In this document: positions 48,473 to 58,465 of the stretch, in pieces
How positions within the stretch are numbered: position 1 is the stretch's first letter
How the letters are laid out: each line of letters starts with the position of its first letter
DNA from: an uncultured Fibrobacterota bacterium
GTDB lineage: Bacteria > Fibrobacterota > Chitinivibrionia > Chitinivibrionales > FEN-1185
Direction of reading: 5' to 3'
DNA length: 64,000 bases
Assembly (NCBI GenBank): GCA_963729895.1
Contig: CAVSQB010000011.1
Location: 1-64,000 of the forward strand
The notes under the pieces: model-generated
Database searches by the model: none
What the model saw: only the letters and a program-made list of their open reading frames with translations
Told to the model about the DNA's origin: nothing
Program-made: the position numbers and the translations under genes

Positions 48473-48832
48473 GGATGGTGGCGTCGATAAGCTGCAGACG
48501 GCATGCCTGGAAAGGAGAATAAGCGGACAGAATTTGAGAACAAGATCATTCAAGAGCTGGAATCTCGTAGGGAAATGCCTGCTATGGCCCCCAAAAAAAC
48601 TCTTGCCGCCGGCGCCGCCCAAAATCAGCCCGTGAACAAACAAGCTTTCGCATGCCACTGGACCCCGGCCCGTGCCCGTAAATATTTTCAACATATTAGA
48701 AATGAACCCTAAAGCAAGTGGGGCATTGGAATACTCCGGGCCATTTTCCAAAGTCGACCAAAGCGGGGCATATCCAACTTTTCCCCAAACTTTTGGCACG
48801 GCAAATCCGAACCTCATAAAAGGAAGTCAACC

Positions 48833-49801
48833 ATGCATTACAGATCCTTCGGACGAACCGGGTGGCAGGTAAGCGAAATAGGCTATGGCATGTGGGGGCT
48901 TGCAGGCTGGACTGGGTCAAACGATCTTGAGTCCGAAGCGTCGCTCGATTCTGCAGCGGAGCGCGGATGCAATTTCTTCGACACTGCCTGGGGCTACGGC
49001 GAAGGAAAAAGCGAACAGATCCTCGGCAGGCTTGTAAAGCGCCAGGCCGGAAAGAAAATTTACGTTGCCACGAAAATCCCGCCGAAGAATTTCAAGTGGC
49101 CGTCCAAGCGGGGCTACACGCTCGACGACTGCTTCCCGCCCGACCACATCGCCGCCTACACGGGCAAAAGCCTGCGGAACCTCGACGCGGCCATCGACCT
49201 CCTGCAGTTTCATGTGTGGGAAGACTCGTGGGCCAACGATTCGCGGTGGCAGGAAGCCGTCGCGAAGCTCAAACGGCAGGGAAAGGTTCATGCGATCGGC
49301 GTGAGCGTCAACCGCTGGGAACCGGAGAATTGCCTCAAAACCCTTGAAACCGGCCTGATCGACTCGGTGCAGGTCATCTACAATATTTTCGACCAGTCGC
49401 CGGAGGACAGGCTTTTTCCCTTTTGCAAAGAACACGGGATCGCCGTGATTGCGCGTGTGCCGTTCGACGAAGGGACCCTCAGCGGCGCCGTGACTGCCGG
49501 CACGAAGTTCCCGGCAGACGATTGGCGGGGCACCTATTTTGTCCCTGAAAACCTCGCTGCCAGCGTTGAGCGCGTGGAACGGCTCAAGGAAATCCTGCCG
49601 CAGGGCGTGCCGCTTCCCCAGATGGCGCTCCGGTTTATTCTGAGTAATCCCATTGTGTCAACCACAATTCCCGGAATGAGAAAATTGGTCCACGTGGAAT
49701 CCAACACGTCGGCAAGCGACGCTGGCCCGCTCACCGCGGCACTGCTCGATGAGTTGAAAAAACACCGCTGGGACAGGCAGCCTACCGCCTGGTCGCAATA
49801 G
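48833..49801 (+). CDS. Aldo/keto reductase
   Basis: GRTGWQVSEIGYG, FFDTAWGYG, ATK, SLRNL..IDLLQFH, IPGMR. Confidence 0.9.
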   Translation: MHYRSFGRTGWQVSEIGYGMWGLAGWTGSNDLESEASLDSAAERGCNFFDTAWGYGEGKSEQILGRLVKRQAGKKIYVATKIPPKNFKWPSKRGYTLDDCFPPDHIAAYTGKSLRNLDAAIDLLQFHVWEDSWANDSRWQEAVAKLKRQGKVHAIGVSVNRWEPENCLKTLETGLIDSVQVIYNIFDQSPEDRLFPFCKEHGIAVIARVPFDEGTLSGAVTAGTKFPADDWRGTYFVPENLAASVERVERLKEILPQGVPLPQMALRFILSNPIVSTTIPGMRKLVHVESNTSASDAGPLTAALLDELKKHRWDRQPTAWSQ

Positions 49802-50285
49802 GTGTTGAAGGCGGGCGCTCGTCCGACCAGGCAATTCTCGACCCTTTTTTCCAGTTTTCAAACGGGTTGAAATGCCGGAATTTTTCGATGAGATAGTGCG
49901 AACGGGCCGCGCCGGCGAGGGCGATGCAAATTCCGAAGATCCCCAGAAAAAGCAGCAGCCTGCCTCTGAGGACCGCTCGTTTCCCCGTGATGACCTTTGT
50001 ATCGTGGATGACCTTCTGGCCCGGGTAGGGCATACGTTGAGAGGATATTATTCTTCTGCCTATGACGATAAGGTAGCACGCCGGTCCCACGAACACGAAC
50101 ATGGCGCACATGATGACGATTTCCGAGACATTCATCAATGCAGGGAATGTCAGGTGGTCCATGTAGGCGCGAAAAGGGCGCACTCCCAGACTGATGGCAA
50201 GGAAAATCACAACAATACAAATTGCATAGGCCGCAAAGAGCCGTGTCCTGTACTGCTTGTCCGTTTTGATGACCTCAAGTTCCAT
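49782..50285 (-). CDS. Hypothetical membrane protein (3 TM)
   Basis: Three hydrophobic helices; PYPGQKVIHDTKVITG..A motif; AAGGAG RBS. Confidence 0.6.
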   Translation of the reverse strand: MELEVIKTDKQYRTRLFAAYAICIVVIFLAISLGVRPFRAYMDHLTFPALMNVSEIVIMCAMFVFVGPACYLIVIGRRIISSQRMPYPGQKVIHDTKVITGKRAVLRGRLLLFLGIFGICIALAGAARSHYLIEKFRHFNPFENWKKGSRIAWSDERPPSTPIATRR

Positions 50286-50519
50286 AGCTCCTTACCTTTC
50301 CCAAAGGTGTGCCGGTCAGGAAAAATCGGGCCCGCTACGGGGCATACAAAACATAATCGATGCAAAAGGTGTCGTTGTCAAGAGATTTGAACCGGACGGT
50401 GTGCGGCGCGGCTTGCTCATGCAGGTAGATCCCGGTTGAGTTCCATCATCCTGCCTTCCATCCGTTCAGAAAGAAACCGGAAATCGTAACAAAATGCGAC
50501 TCGAACGTGGGTGGGTGCG

Positions 50520-51017
50520 CTAGGCAGTGGAAACGGAACTGTCCTTCCTGCGCGGTCTTCTCACTATGGCCCGCAACAGATACGCGACTACGGCGCAGTT
50601 CACCATAAGGATCACCGCCTTTGTACCGGTGGCGTGCCTTACCATCTCGAATATCTCCAAAGGAATAAACAACCCCGTTTCGAACACAGTCATGTATTCG
50701 GCCCACCGTTGCGCCAGGAGCAGGCCGGCTCCTTCCACAAACAGCAGGCCGGCAAACCCGAAGGTGACTGCGCTTATCTCCTCGAGCATGCGGTTGTCAA
50801 CCAGGTTGAGGCTCGCGAGCATGCTCTGGACAAAACGGTTTTCGAGGTCGATGTGGAGCCGCGTGATCCAAAAGGAAAAGAGCTCGCCAACGTCCTTGTC
50901 GAGCAGGTGAAGTGCGCCGATGGCGAGTACAACGAGCAAGCCCCCTTTTGTCAGTTTGAAAAGGGCGATAAGAATGATTCCTGGAGGAGGGCGGGAGAAC
51001 TTCGGCATGCGGCTCAC
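50520..51017 (-). CDS. DUF2127-family membrane protein
   Basis: IALFKLTKG, VEGAGLLLAQRWAEYMTV, IPLEIFE, VN..VVAYL. Confidence 0.8.
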   Translation of the reverse strand: MSRMPKFSRPPPGIILIALFKLTKGGLLVVLAIGALHLLDKDVGELFSFWITRLHIDLENRFVQSMLASLNLVDNRMLEEISAVTFGFAGLLFVEGAGLLLAQRWAEYMTVFETGLFIPLEIFEMVRHATGTKAVILMVNCAVVAYLLRAIVRRPRRKDSSVSTA

Positions 51018-51049
51018 GTTGGATGTTCACACCGTTCTTTGGAAATGGT

Positions 51050-52951
51050 TTACAGCAGGGAAACGATCCGCCGTATCTTTGCTTTCGAAAGCTTAGTTTG
51101 TCGCAGCGTTTCCTTAACAAAATAATCCTGCGACGCAGGCGTGTGCGCCGCATCGTAATCGTCCAGTATGGTTGCGCCGCGCTCATCGTCCTTCTTTTTC
51201 GCCGCCAGCGTGTCGAGCGCGATTTTATCATGTATGTCAAGGAGCCGGACAAGATTTTTCTTCACGCTGCGAACGGCATAGCCTTCCTTTTTCAAGACCG
51301 CGCGTTGATGTTCCCACACGGGGTCGCCCGTCGACTTCCGGTACACGGTTGCCGCGGCCGCGCCTCCCGCCATGCGGTCAAGGAGCCCGCAAAGGCAGTA
51401 ATACTCGATATATAGTGAATAAGCGTGAATGCCGTTGTAACGGCTTTGCTCGGTGATGTAGTTCCTGCCCAGGCCCGGGATATGGCCGGAATCGTACCAC
51501 GCCCGCTTCTCCGTTATGCCCGCAAGGCGGTCGCGCGCGCTGATGATCAGGTCCGCCGTTTCGGGCCTCAGCACCTCTAAGGAGAAGACGCTGCGCGTGG
51601 CCTTATTACGCTCCCGGAATTTTGCCTCGTTTCTGCGCAGGGCATAGATGTTGTCGCTCAGCACCCATCCGGGAAAGAGCTCATTGAGAAACGGGGCGAC
51701 GCCGTCGATGCGGCTTGAAGGGAAATTGATAAGAGAGAAAGGAAACTCCAGGCGCTGGGGAAGCGTGGTGACCCCGGTGGCGATGACGCTGTAGGGAGCG
51801 CGCGTAAAGTCGGCCGGATATTTGACATTCACGCCAAGCCCGAAGAAAGTGCCTTCTCCGCACCACAGTTCCTGGTCGGGCGCGCGTGACGTATGGTTGG
51901 ACCCGACATTCGCCCCGCCGGCGACATTACCTTTGCCTTCCGGCCACAGCGCTCCGATGAGCAATGCCTGATGATGGAGCCCGACAAACGGTCCCACCAG
52001 ACTTGCCGTGACTTCACCTTCCGCGATGTGCGTGTTGGGGCCGACAATGCTCTGCAACACCTTGGCATGACGATTGACAACCGAATGTTCGAGCAGGACC
52101 GAGTTTTCAACGATTGCCATCGAGTCAACCCTGCCACCCCATTGCACGCAGGAATTACGCACCAGCGCGCCGTGGCCTACAAAGGCCGGTTCTTTGGCCG
52201 ATCCCAGGACGGTGCAGTTCTCCAGAAGCGCGGCGCCGTCGATAACGCAACCGGGACCCACAAATGAGTCCCGGATTTCCTGAACGCACCGGATGGTGCA
52301 GCCCGCTTCCGCAACGCCGACCGTGACGGTGCACGCATCCCGGTATTTCTTCACGAAACGGGAGTACGCCTCCTGCAAAGCCCTGTTGCCGCGGCCCAGC
52401 GCGACCGCCTGCGCAATGGGAATAGTGAGTTCTGCAAAGCCGGCCACTTCGCGGCCGCCGGTTTCGATTCCCACCGGTACCGCTATTCCGTTGCCGAAAG
52501 AAGTGCGTCCGGAACACAGCAGCGCTCCCACCGAAAACACAACCGCTTTTTCGCCCACCAGGTAGCGCGACACCGCGGCATTGTACACCACGCTGTTGGA
52601 GCCGATTTCCGAATCGGCGATGACGCTTTTGTAAATTCCGGGCGGAACGGAGAGGGAAGCGTCGATCTCAATTGGCTTGCGGTCGAACGCGCCCAGGGCG
52701 CAGTTTCCTGTGAAGATGGAGCCGGAAACGGCATCGGGACGAAAGCCGCGGGCAACGAGGATCAAAGACCAGCTGGAGCATGAATTCCCGCGCGCCTCGA
52801 GCCTGCGAATTTCGTCGCTTGTCAAATGGCGCACCGCGTTTCCGAACAGCCTGGTTGCGCCCGGTTTCTTTTCCACAATGCGCAGTGCGTCAAGAAAGTC
52901 CGACGAGTCAATAATGCCGCCGATGAGGCGTTCCAGGTCCCGGATCATCAT
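51050..52951 (-). CDS. DUF4954-family protein (left-handed beta-helix-like)
   Basis: RHLTSDEIRRLEARGN, ETGGREV, EGEVTASLVGPFVG, GANVGSNH, RNEAKF..R. Confidence 0.75.
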   Translation of the reverse strand: MMIRDLERLIGGIIDSSDFLDALRIVEKKPGATRLFGNAVRHLTSDEIRRLEARGNSCSSWSLILVARGFRPDAVSGSIFTGNCALGAFDRKPIEIDASLSVPPGIYKSVIADSEIGSNSVVYNAAVSRYLVGEKAVVFSVGALLCSGRTSFGNGIAVPVGIETGGREVAGFAELTIPIAQAVALGRGNRALQEAYSRFVKKYRDACTVTVGVAEAGCTIRCVQEIRDSFVGPGCVIDGAALLENCTVLGSAKEPAFVGHGALVRNSCVQWGGRVDSMAIVENSVLLEHSVVNRHAKVLQSIVGPNTHIAEGEVTASLVGPFVGLHHQALLIGALWPEGKGNVAGGANVGSNHTSRAPDQELWCGEGTFFGLGVNVKYPADFTRAPYSVIATGVTTLPQRLEFPFSLINFPSSRIDGVAPFLNELFPGWVLSDNIYALRRNEAKFRERNKATRSVFSLEVLRPETADLIISARDRLAGITEKRAWYDSGHIPGLGRNYITEQSRYNGIHAYSLYIEYYCLCGLLDRMAGGAAAATVYRKSTGDPVWEHQRAVLKKEGYAVRSVKKNLVRLLDIHDKIALDTLAAKKKDDERGATILDDYDAAHTPASQDYFVKETLRQTKLSKAKIRRIVSLL

Positions 52952-53109
52952 GCTCCAACCGGATGAAAGACACGCGTGGTTTCGCCGCGGGGGCGATCAA
53001 TCCGTAATGAAATTATGACAATCCATGCTCAAATGCAAGCAAGGCCTTGCGTAAAGAAAAGCAATGGGGGACCGGTCTGTAACGCCGGCACGAAACCTGC
53101 GTCACAAGG

Positions 53110-54534
53110 CTACAGGCGGGAGAAGTAGATCGAGCGGGAGGTGCGCGACCCTGCGAGGTGCAGGTAATAGCCGCCGCAGCCGGCCTTTCCCCCGGACGCG
53201 GTGAGGCCGTTCCACGAGTAGCTCCGGGGGCCGACTTCGCTGAGGGAACAAACCAGCCTGCCTGCCGGCGAGTAAATTGACGCATTAAGAATTGGCTCGC
53301 CTGCGGGAAAGGAAAACCGCAGGGCGCGCCCCCTGCCGAGAAGGAGCTCGCAGGTTTCGCCGCCGTTCACCATCGCCCGGGGCGGGTAATTGACAGACTG
53401 GACAGCGGAAACTTCAACCCACCCGCGGCCGGAGTTCTGGTCGGGCGTCAGTGCGGTGAGGTTCTGCCTGTCGGCATCCGAGTACCCGAAGGCGGTGATG
53501 AACTGATTGAGCAGGGCGTCCGGGTGCGTGGTGCATTTCATGATGTCGATGCGGATCTTCCGCGTTGTCAAATAATCCACGGCCGGACCGAACGTGCCCA
53601 TCACCAGATAGTAAGGACTGACATTGGGAATTGCGCTCCAGTCGCCAACGGTCGACGACCACAGCGAATCGACGATGCACAGCTGCTGCCTGCACGGAAC
53701 GCCCGGGCCCGGGGTGCCGATGATGGCATCGTTTTTGTTAAGTTCGAACAACTGCGCGAGGTTCTGGGGGCAATTTTGGCCGTGTGCCGCCCGGGTAATA
53801 GTACCCACGTGATTCTTAAGCGTCATGGTGAGTCCAACCCATGTGGCAATGTGCGGCTTGTTTACTCCGATATCTATCAGAATGTCTGCATTCTGGATAA
53901 TGGTGGTGCATTTGAGCGCTTCGCCCATTACGGTAACGGGAAAGGTGTCTCCACCGTTGCTCACCACAACATCCGCGGGGAGCAAGGTGCCTCGGAAGCC
54001 GTTATAGTTCGCCACGGCGTTGTCCATGGTGTCGTAAATGGTAATGTTCTGGAAGGGAACGCCGAAGCCGGCCAGTACCCTGCACACTTTGTCGATGATG
54101 GCGGCGCGGGGGTGTATTCCCGTGACCGCGTCGAGGCCCGAACAGTTTACCTTTATGGCGGCAATCACGTCTTGCCATGATTTCGCGTCGGGTTTTCGCA
54201 AGATGATCGGCCACGCCGTTTGCGGGTCGGAGGCCTGGGCAAGTGCGCATGCCATGGAATCGAGGTCGGCGGACACCTGCGCGGCGTTCACCACGGCATT
54301 CTGGGAAACGGTGTCCCACTTGAGCGGGCTCGAGTTTTCCATTGCCGAATCGCAGCATGCAACCACGCGAAGATTATCTATGGCGGGATTGATTTGCATG
54401 CCGGCTGTGAAGCCCGAGGCGGCGCCAAAGATCTTGCGCACGCCCGCGGAGGCGGCCGCAAGTCCTGCCGCCGCGAAGGTGGAGGTTTTGAGAAAATTGC
54501 GTCTGCCTCTGTTGTGGGAATGTCGCCGCTTCAT
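53110..54534 (-). CDS. Tat-signal DUF362-family protein with C-terminal FlgD/T9SS-like tail
   Basis: GRRNFLK; AIKVNC; KPH...LTMTLKNHVG; IVDSL; IYSPAGRLV..WNG...GGYYLHL. Confidence 0.7.
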   Translation of the reverse strand: MKRRHSHNRGRRNFLKTSTFAAAGLAAASAGVRKIFGAASGFTAGMQINPAIDNLRVVACCDSAMENSSPLKWDTVSQNAVVNAAQVSADLDSMACALAQASDPQTAWPIILRKPDAKSWQDVIAAIKVNCSGLDAVTGIHPRAAIIDKVCRVLAGFGVPFQNITIYDTMDNAVANYNGFRGTLLPADVVVSNGGDTFPVTVMGEALKCTTIIQNADILIDIGVNKPHIATWVGLTMTLKNHVGTITRAAHGQNCPQNLAQLFELNKNDAIIGTPGPGVPCRQQLCIVDSLWSSTVGDWSAIPNVSPYYLVMGTFGPAVDYLTTRKIRIDIMKCTTHPDALLNQFITAFGYSDADRQNLTALTPDQNSGRGWVEVSAVQSVNYPPRAMVNGGETCELLLGRGRALRFSFPAGEPILNASIYSPAGRLVCSLSEVGPRSYSWNGLTASGGKAGCGGYYLHLAGSRTSRSIYFSRL

Positions 54535-54887
54535 ATTCAGTAAATATACCACTTTGTGGAGACATTAGGGATGAAAAATGACCCCACCTGCGCGGCATTT
54601 GAATACAGCCTCATGCCGGCCGTGATTCCCGGAAATTTATCGCTTTCGCAACGTTTTTCCCATATTGAGAATCCACGCTAGAGACCTCCGGCGAAATGCA
54701 GAAGCGTCCGTTGTGTCCTCTTCTGCCGGGTGCAAATCACGGCGGAACAGCTTTGGCAAGTTTCTTGCGACAATGAGCCGGTTATAATAGATTTACAACA
54801 ATGCACCGCAGGAATATTCCTCTTTGCATCGGTTGATCGCCGCGAGTGCGGCTATACGTCACCCATTTACAAACATAAGGAGACCGT

Positions 54888-55463
54888 ATGGAACACAAAC
54901 TGCCGGAATTGCCGTTTGCGAAATCGGCGCTTGCCCCGCATCTTTCCCAGGAAACGCTGGAATTCCACCACGGCAAACATCATAACGCCTATGTCAATAA
55001 TCTCAACAAACTGATAAAGGGCACCGAGTACGAGTCGATGACGCTTGAGCAGATTTGCGCCAAGGCGAGCGGCCCCATTTTCAACAACGCGGCCCAGCAC
55101 TGGAACCACTCGTTCTACTGGCAATGTCTTGCGCCGTCCTCTTTACAGCCGTCGGGACAGCTTGCAGACGCAATTACGAGGGATTTCAAGTCGCCGGAGG
55201 GCCTGCGGGACATGTTCTTCTCCTCGGCGGTGGGAAATTTCGGTTCCGGGTGGACATGGCTCGTCAAGGGCGGCGACCGGTTGTCTATTGTCAATACAAG
55301 CAACGCTGCGATGCCGCAGAAAGACGGCAAGATCCCTGTCCTGGTGTGCGACGTATGGGAACATGCGTACTACATAGATTATCGCAACAACCGGCAGGCC
55401 TATCTGGAAGCGTTCTGGAAGATCGTCAACTGGAAATTTGCGGAAAAGCAATTTGCGGGATAA
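54888..55463 (+). CDS. sodB: Fe superoxide dismutase
   Basis: HHGKHHNAYV, FNNAAQHWNH, FGSGWTWL, TSNAA, DVWEHAYY; AAGGAG RBS. Confidence 0.93.
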   Translation: MEHKLPELPFAKSALAPHLSQETLEFHHGKHHNAYVNNLNKLIKGTEYESMTLEQICAKASGPIFNNAAQHWNHSFYWQCLAPSSLQPSGQLADAITRDFKSPEGLRDMFFSSAVGNFGSGWTWLVKGGDRLSIVNTSNAAMPQKDGKIPVLVCDVWEHAYYIDYRNNRQAYLEAFWKIVNWKFAEKQFAG

Positions 55464-55496
55464 GGGGATTGATTCTTCTTCAGTCAAGAAAAGCGG

Positions 55497-55654
55497 GCGC
55501 CCCGCCGCTTTGCGGTGGCAGCCCTCCCTTCGGGCTCGGCCGAAGCCTCGTTGTCCGCCCGAGTCGCCTGCGGCGAGGGTACCCCCTTCGGGTACTTCCA
55601 CGGGTCGTCGGCCGGCAATCCCGCGTTGCGGGACCCTGCGGTCCTGCTTGGCGC
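55497..55654 (+). repeat. Structured intergenic repeat, family 1, copy B (with internal insertion)
   Basis: Same conserved blocks as copies A and C; longer central arm. Confidence 0.75.
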
Positions 55655-56018
55655 GGGAATACGGACCACGCCCCATATCCCTGATTCCCAGATAAGAAAG
55701 TGAAAGTGCGAGACGAGGCTCCAGGAGCATCGCGAGGGGTAAAACGACGGAGCAACCCACCTAACGACATGTTCCCAACCGCCTCTCACTATTCCGTGCA
55801 GTTCATCAATTCCGAAACAAAGACAAGCGCAACGGACCGGCCGTTGGGGATTCACACCTCTGACGACCGGGGAGCCGGCGACCTGCGGAAAGGACGTTCC
55901 CGAATGAATTTTGCCGCAGGTGACGGAGAAAAAATCTGGCGGGAAAACGCGGAAAAGGTATATTATGATTCAGGGATTTCTCACGTTTGTCACCAACCGG
56001 AATGAGGGGGTTTGTGGT

Positions 56019-57008
56019 ATGAAGAAGGCTCTTGTTTCAAGGGGTTTGGCCGTTGCGGCCCAGGTCGGCGTTCTGGCGCTTGGATTTGCGGCTGCGGCAC
56101 AGGCCGATACGGTGCAGGTGAATATTAAATCGATCCTAAATGGTCGTGCCGTTTCCACTTTTTCAAACGGAAAGATCTACACATGGACAATGGGAATTGA
56201 TGGTGGTGGAACAGGTGACGGATACGTGACACATTCCGTTGCCGTCCATCTGAACTACACCGGACACACGCTGCCGGACAGCGCGCGGTATCCTGCCAAC
56301 GCCAATCATCCGACCATGATTCTAAATTTTTCCAATTCAGACAGTACCGGGCAACAAACTCATTATATTCTCGGTTTGGATTCAGTCACGTTTCCCGTTC
56401 CGCAGGGAAATTACTCGAACCTCTACTTTGCCATGACAAGTTCGGAGGGAGGTTCTACCTTCAATGTCGTATTGAATTATTCGGATGGCCCTGTTGCTTC
56501 AACCGTCAATTTGCCGGACTATGATCAGGGTCTCACCTCTGGTATTTTCTATGTTGACTCTGCCATGCAGAAGTGGAACAATCAGAACATCCCTGGTGAC
56601 AACAATGGTCATGCCCTCAACGGCTTCGGCGTTACCGCGAATCCGGCAAAGACACTTACGAGTGTTAAGCTTCTTAAGAAAACCAGCAATTACCTTGTCC
56701 TTTGGGGCGTCACCGGCGTCGGGACATTTTCGACAGCCGTGCAACAACCGGCAGCCGTTGGAAAATCAAGATTCCAAGCCGTACGCGCCATTACCAGTAG
56801 CGACGGAAAGATCCGGTTTGAAAACATCGCAGCCAATTCGGAGCTTGCCGTGGTCTCGCTTTCAGGCGCAAAGGCCGCGCACCTGGTTTGTGCGCAAGGC
56901 GGCAACTTGGTGTGGAATAACGGTAGAACCGTTCCGCCCGGCTTATACATCTGCGAAATCAGATCAGGCACGGAAAGCCAAAGGGTGCAGGTGATTGTCG
57001 GCAGGTAA
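56019..57008 (+). CDS. Secreted protein with T9SS type-A-like C-terminal domain
   Basis: Signal peptide ending AAAQA; VVSLSGAK...PPGLYICEI tail. Confidence 0.7.
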   Translation: MKKALVSRGLAVAAQVGVLALGFAAAAQADTVQVNIKSILNGRAVSTFSNGKIYTWTMGIDGGGTGDGYVTHSVAVHLNYTGHTLPDSARYPANANHPTMILNFSNSDSTGQQTHYILGLDSVTFPVPQGNYSNLYFAMTSSEGGSTFNVVLNYSDGPVASTVNLPDYDQGLTSGIFYVDSAMQKWNNQNIPGDNNGHALNGFGVTANPAKTLTSVKLLKKTSNYLVLWGVTGVGTFSTAVQQPAAVGKSRFQAVRAITSSDGKIRFENIAANSELAVVSLSGAKAAHLVCAQGGNLVWNNGRTVPPGLYICEIRSGTESQRVQVIVGR

Positions 57009-57039
57009 GAAAAACATAGTCACGGAAGGTTTGTTTCAG

Positions 57040-57066
57040 CGAAGGCGGGCCAACGGTCCGCCTTCG
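57040..57066. terminator. Hairpin between convergent genes
   Basis: CGAAGGCGGGCC-AAC-GGTCCGCCTTCG followed by TCATTTTT. Confidence 0.55.
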
Positions 57067-57090
57067 TCATTTTTGCGCCGGGGATCTCTT

Positions 57091-57747
57091 TCAGCGTGTC
57101 TTGAGCAGCTTAAAGGCATGCGACCACTCGTTGCGAAGAAGGCCGGGAATGCACCAGAGCATGCACAACGGCTCTATCGCCCTTGCCCCTTCCGCCATTC
57201 CCATGTCTTCCGCTTCAAATCCGAACGTTTCCACAATGCCGCTCACGTCTTTCTTTGCGTTGGCATCGTTGCCGCAAATAAACATCGACGGCTTTGTGCC
57301 GCCGAAATCGGGGTTCACCATGAATGCGTTGCCGATGGAATTGAATGCCTTCACAAAATGCGCTTTCGGGAACTCCTTTTGTAATTGCTCCATGAGTGAC
57401 CTGTCGAGCGATGTAAAGAACGCGATGACGCCGTTGACAGGAGACGCATCCGCGATCGGATTGGTAACGTCAATGACGGTCTTTCCGCTTATGTTTTCCG
57501 CTCCCGTCGCCTTCAGTGCCTCCAAAGCGGCCGAACCTTTCACCGCAAGCACCACGATCTGCGCCCACGCCGCGGTCTCGGGCAAACTTCCAAGCCGGCC
57601 TTTTCCGCCTGCCTGCTTCTTCCAATCGGCCAGTTTCTTCTGGTCTCGGCTTCCGAGCATAACCTCGCACCCGTGCTTTATGAATCCGTTTGCAAGTGTT
57701 TGCGCGACCGCGCCTGACCCCAGGATTCCAACTCGTTTCGCATCCAT
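57091..57747 (-). CDS. NADP-dependent oxidoreductase (F420-dependent NADP reductase-like)
   Basis: GILGSGAVA, VIDVTNP, VKAFN, ICGND..AK, DMG..ARAIEP. Confidence 0.85.
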   Translation of the reverse strand: MDAKRVGILGSGAVAQTLANGFIKHGCEVMLGSRDQKKLADWKKQAGGKGRLGSLPETAAWAQIVVLAVKGSAALEALKATGAENISGKTVIDVTNPIADASPVNGVIAFFTSLDRSLMEQLQKEFPKAHFVKAFNSIGNAFMVNPDFGGTKPSMFICGNDANAKKDVSGIVETFGFEAEDMGMAEGARAIEPLCMLWCIPGLLRNEWSHAFKLLKTR

Positions 57748-58141
57748 CGGCTTCCCCTTTTTGCTCGTTAGTTACAATGAACGGCTCGTGCCGCGTTTGG
57801 GGGTAAAAAACGCAAAATCCGTGCCACCGGCGGACAGATCCTTTGGGCGGATTCGGTGCCGGATCGCCCCTATGCCTGCCGGCGGGCCACCAATATACAA
57901 ACAGCCCTCTCGCAAGGCAAAGGCGCATCCATTCACCCGCGGTTTTCAGCAACTTCGCGTTTCCAACGTGTCTATCAACTGGAGATTCGCAGACACGCCA
58001 CTCCTGTAGGATTGTATGCAGTGGTAGTCATGGTGCTTCGCTTCGCTCGCAATGACACATAGTGTTTTCTATTGCGACCCTGCGGCGCCGTCGGTACAGC
58101 CGCTCTCCAAGGGTGCCCAAATCATCTTCTCTCCGTATTTT

Positions 58142-58311
58142 CTCCCTCTCCCGCTGGGAGAGGGCGGGGTGAGGTCTTCCTTTATTTTATTTCAAGGGTG
58201 GTGCCCGGGCGCACCCGGCACTGCTATCCAAAGGCATTCCTATTTTGTTTCTGGATTCTTGCCGCAACACCACCTATGGGGTCACCCGGCTCAGCCAACC
58301 AGAACGCATTT
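58142..58311 (+). repeat. REP-like palindrome (58142-58174) plus a tandem pair of family-2 repeats (58205-58311)
   Basis: CTCCCTCTCCCGCTGGGAGAGGGCGGGGTGAGG; CACCCGGCACTGCTATCCAAAGGCATT; GATTCTTGC...GGGGTCACCCGGCTCAGCCAACCAGAACGCATTT. Confidence 0.7.
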
Positions 58312-58465
58312 AATTTCTTCTTCTTTCCTTTCCATCACCGCGCGCCCTGGTGCGGTACACGTGTCTCCAATGGATAAATTTGGGACAACCGGAGGCGATT
58401 GTTATATTATTAACCCAAGCCAATCACGTATAACAATATCCCCACCTTCCAAAAAGGAGCAGTGG

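Noticed and set aside
48503..48712. 69-aa ORF between the beta-helix gene and the aldo/keto reductase
   Set aside because: No clear RBS or family motif; cannot be supported
54782..54798. PerR/Fur-like box upstream of sodB (TTATAATAGATTTACAA)
   Set aside because: Weak dyad symmetry; adequately explained as a TATAAT -10 element
58052..58465. 138-aa N-terminal extension of the large lipoprotein in the ORF track
   Set aside because: It translates repeat DNA; the RBS and signal peptide point to ATG 58466
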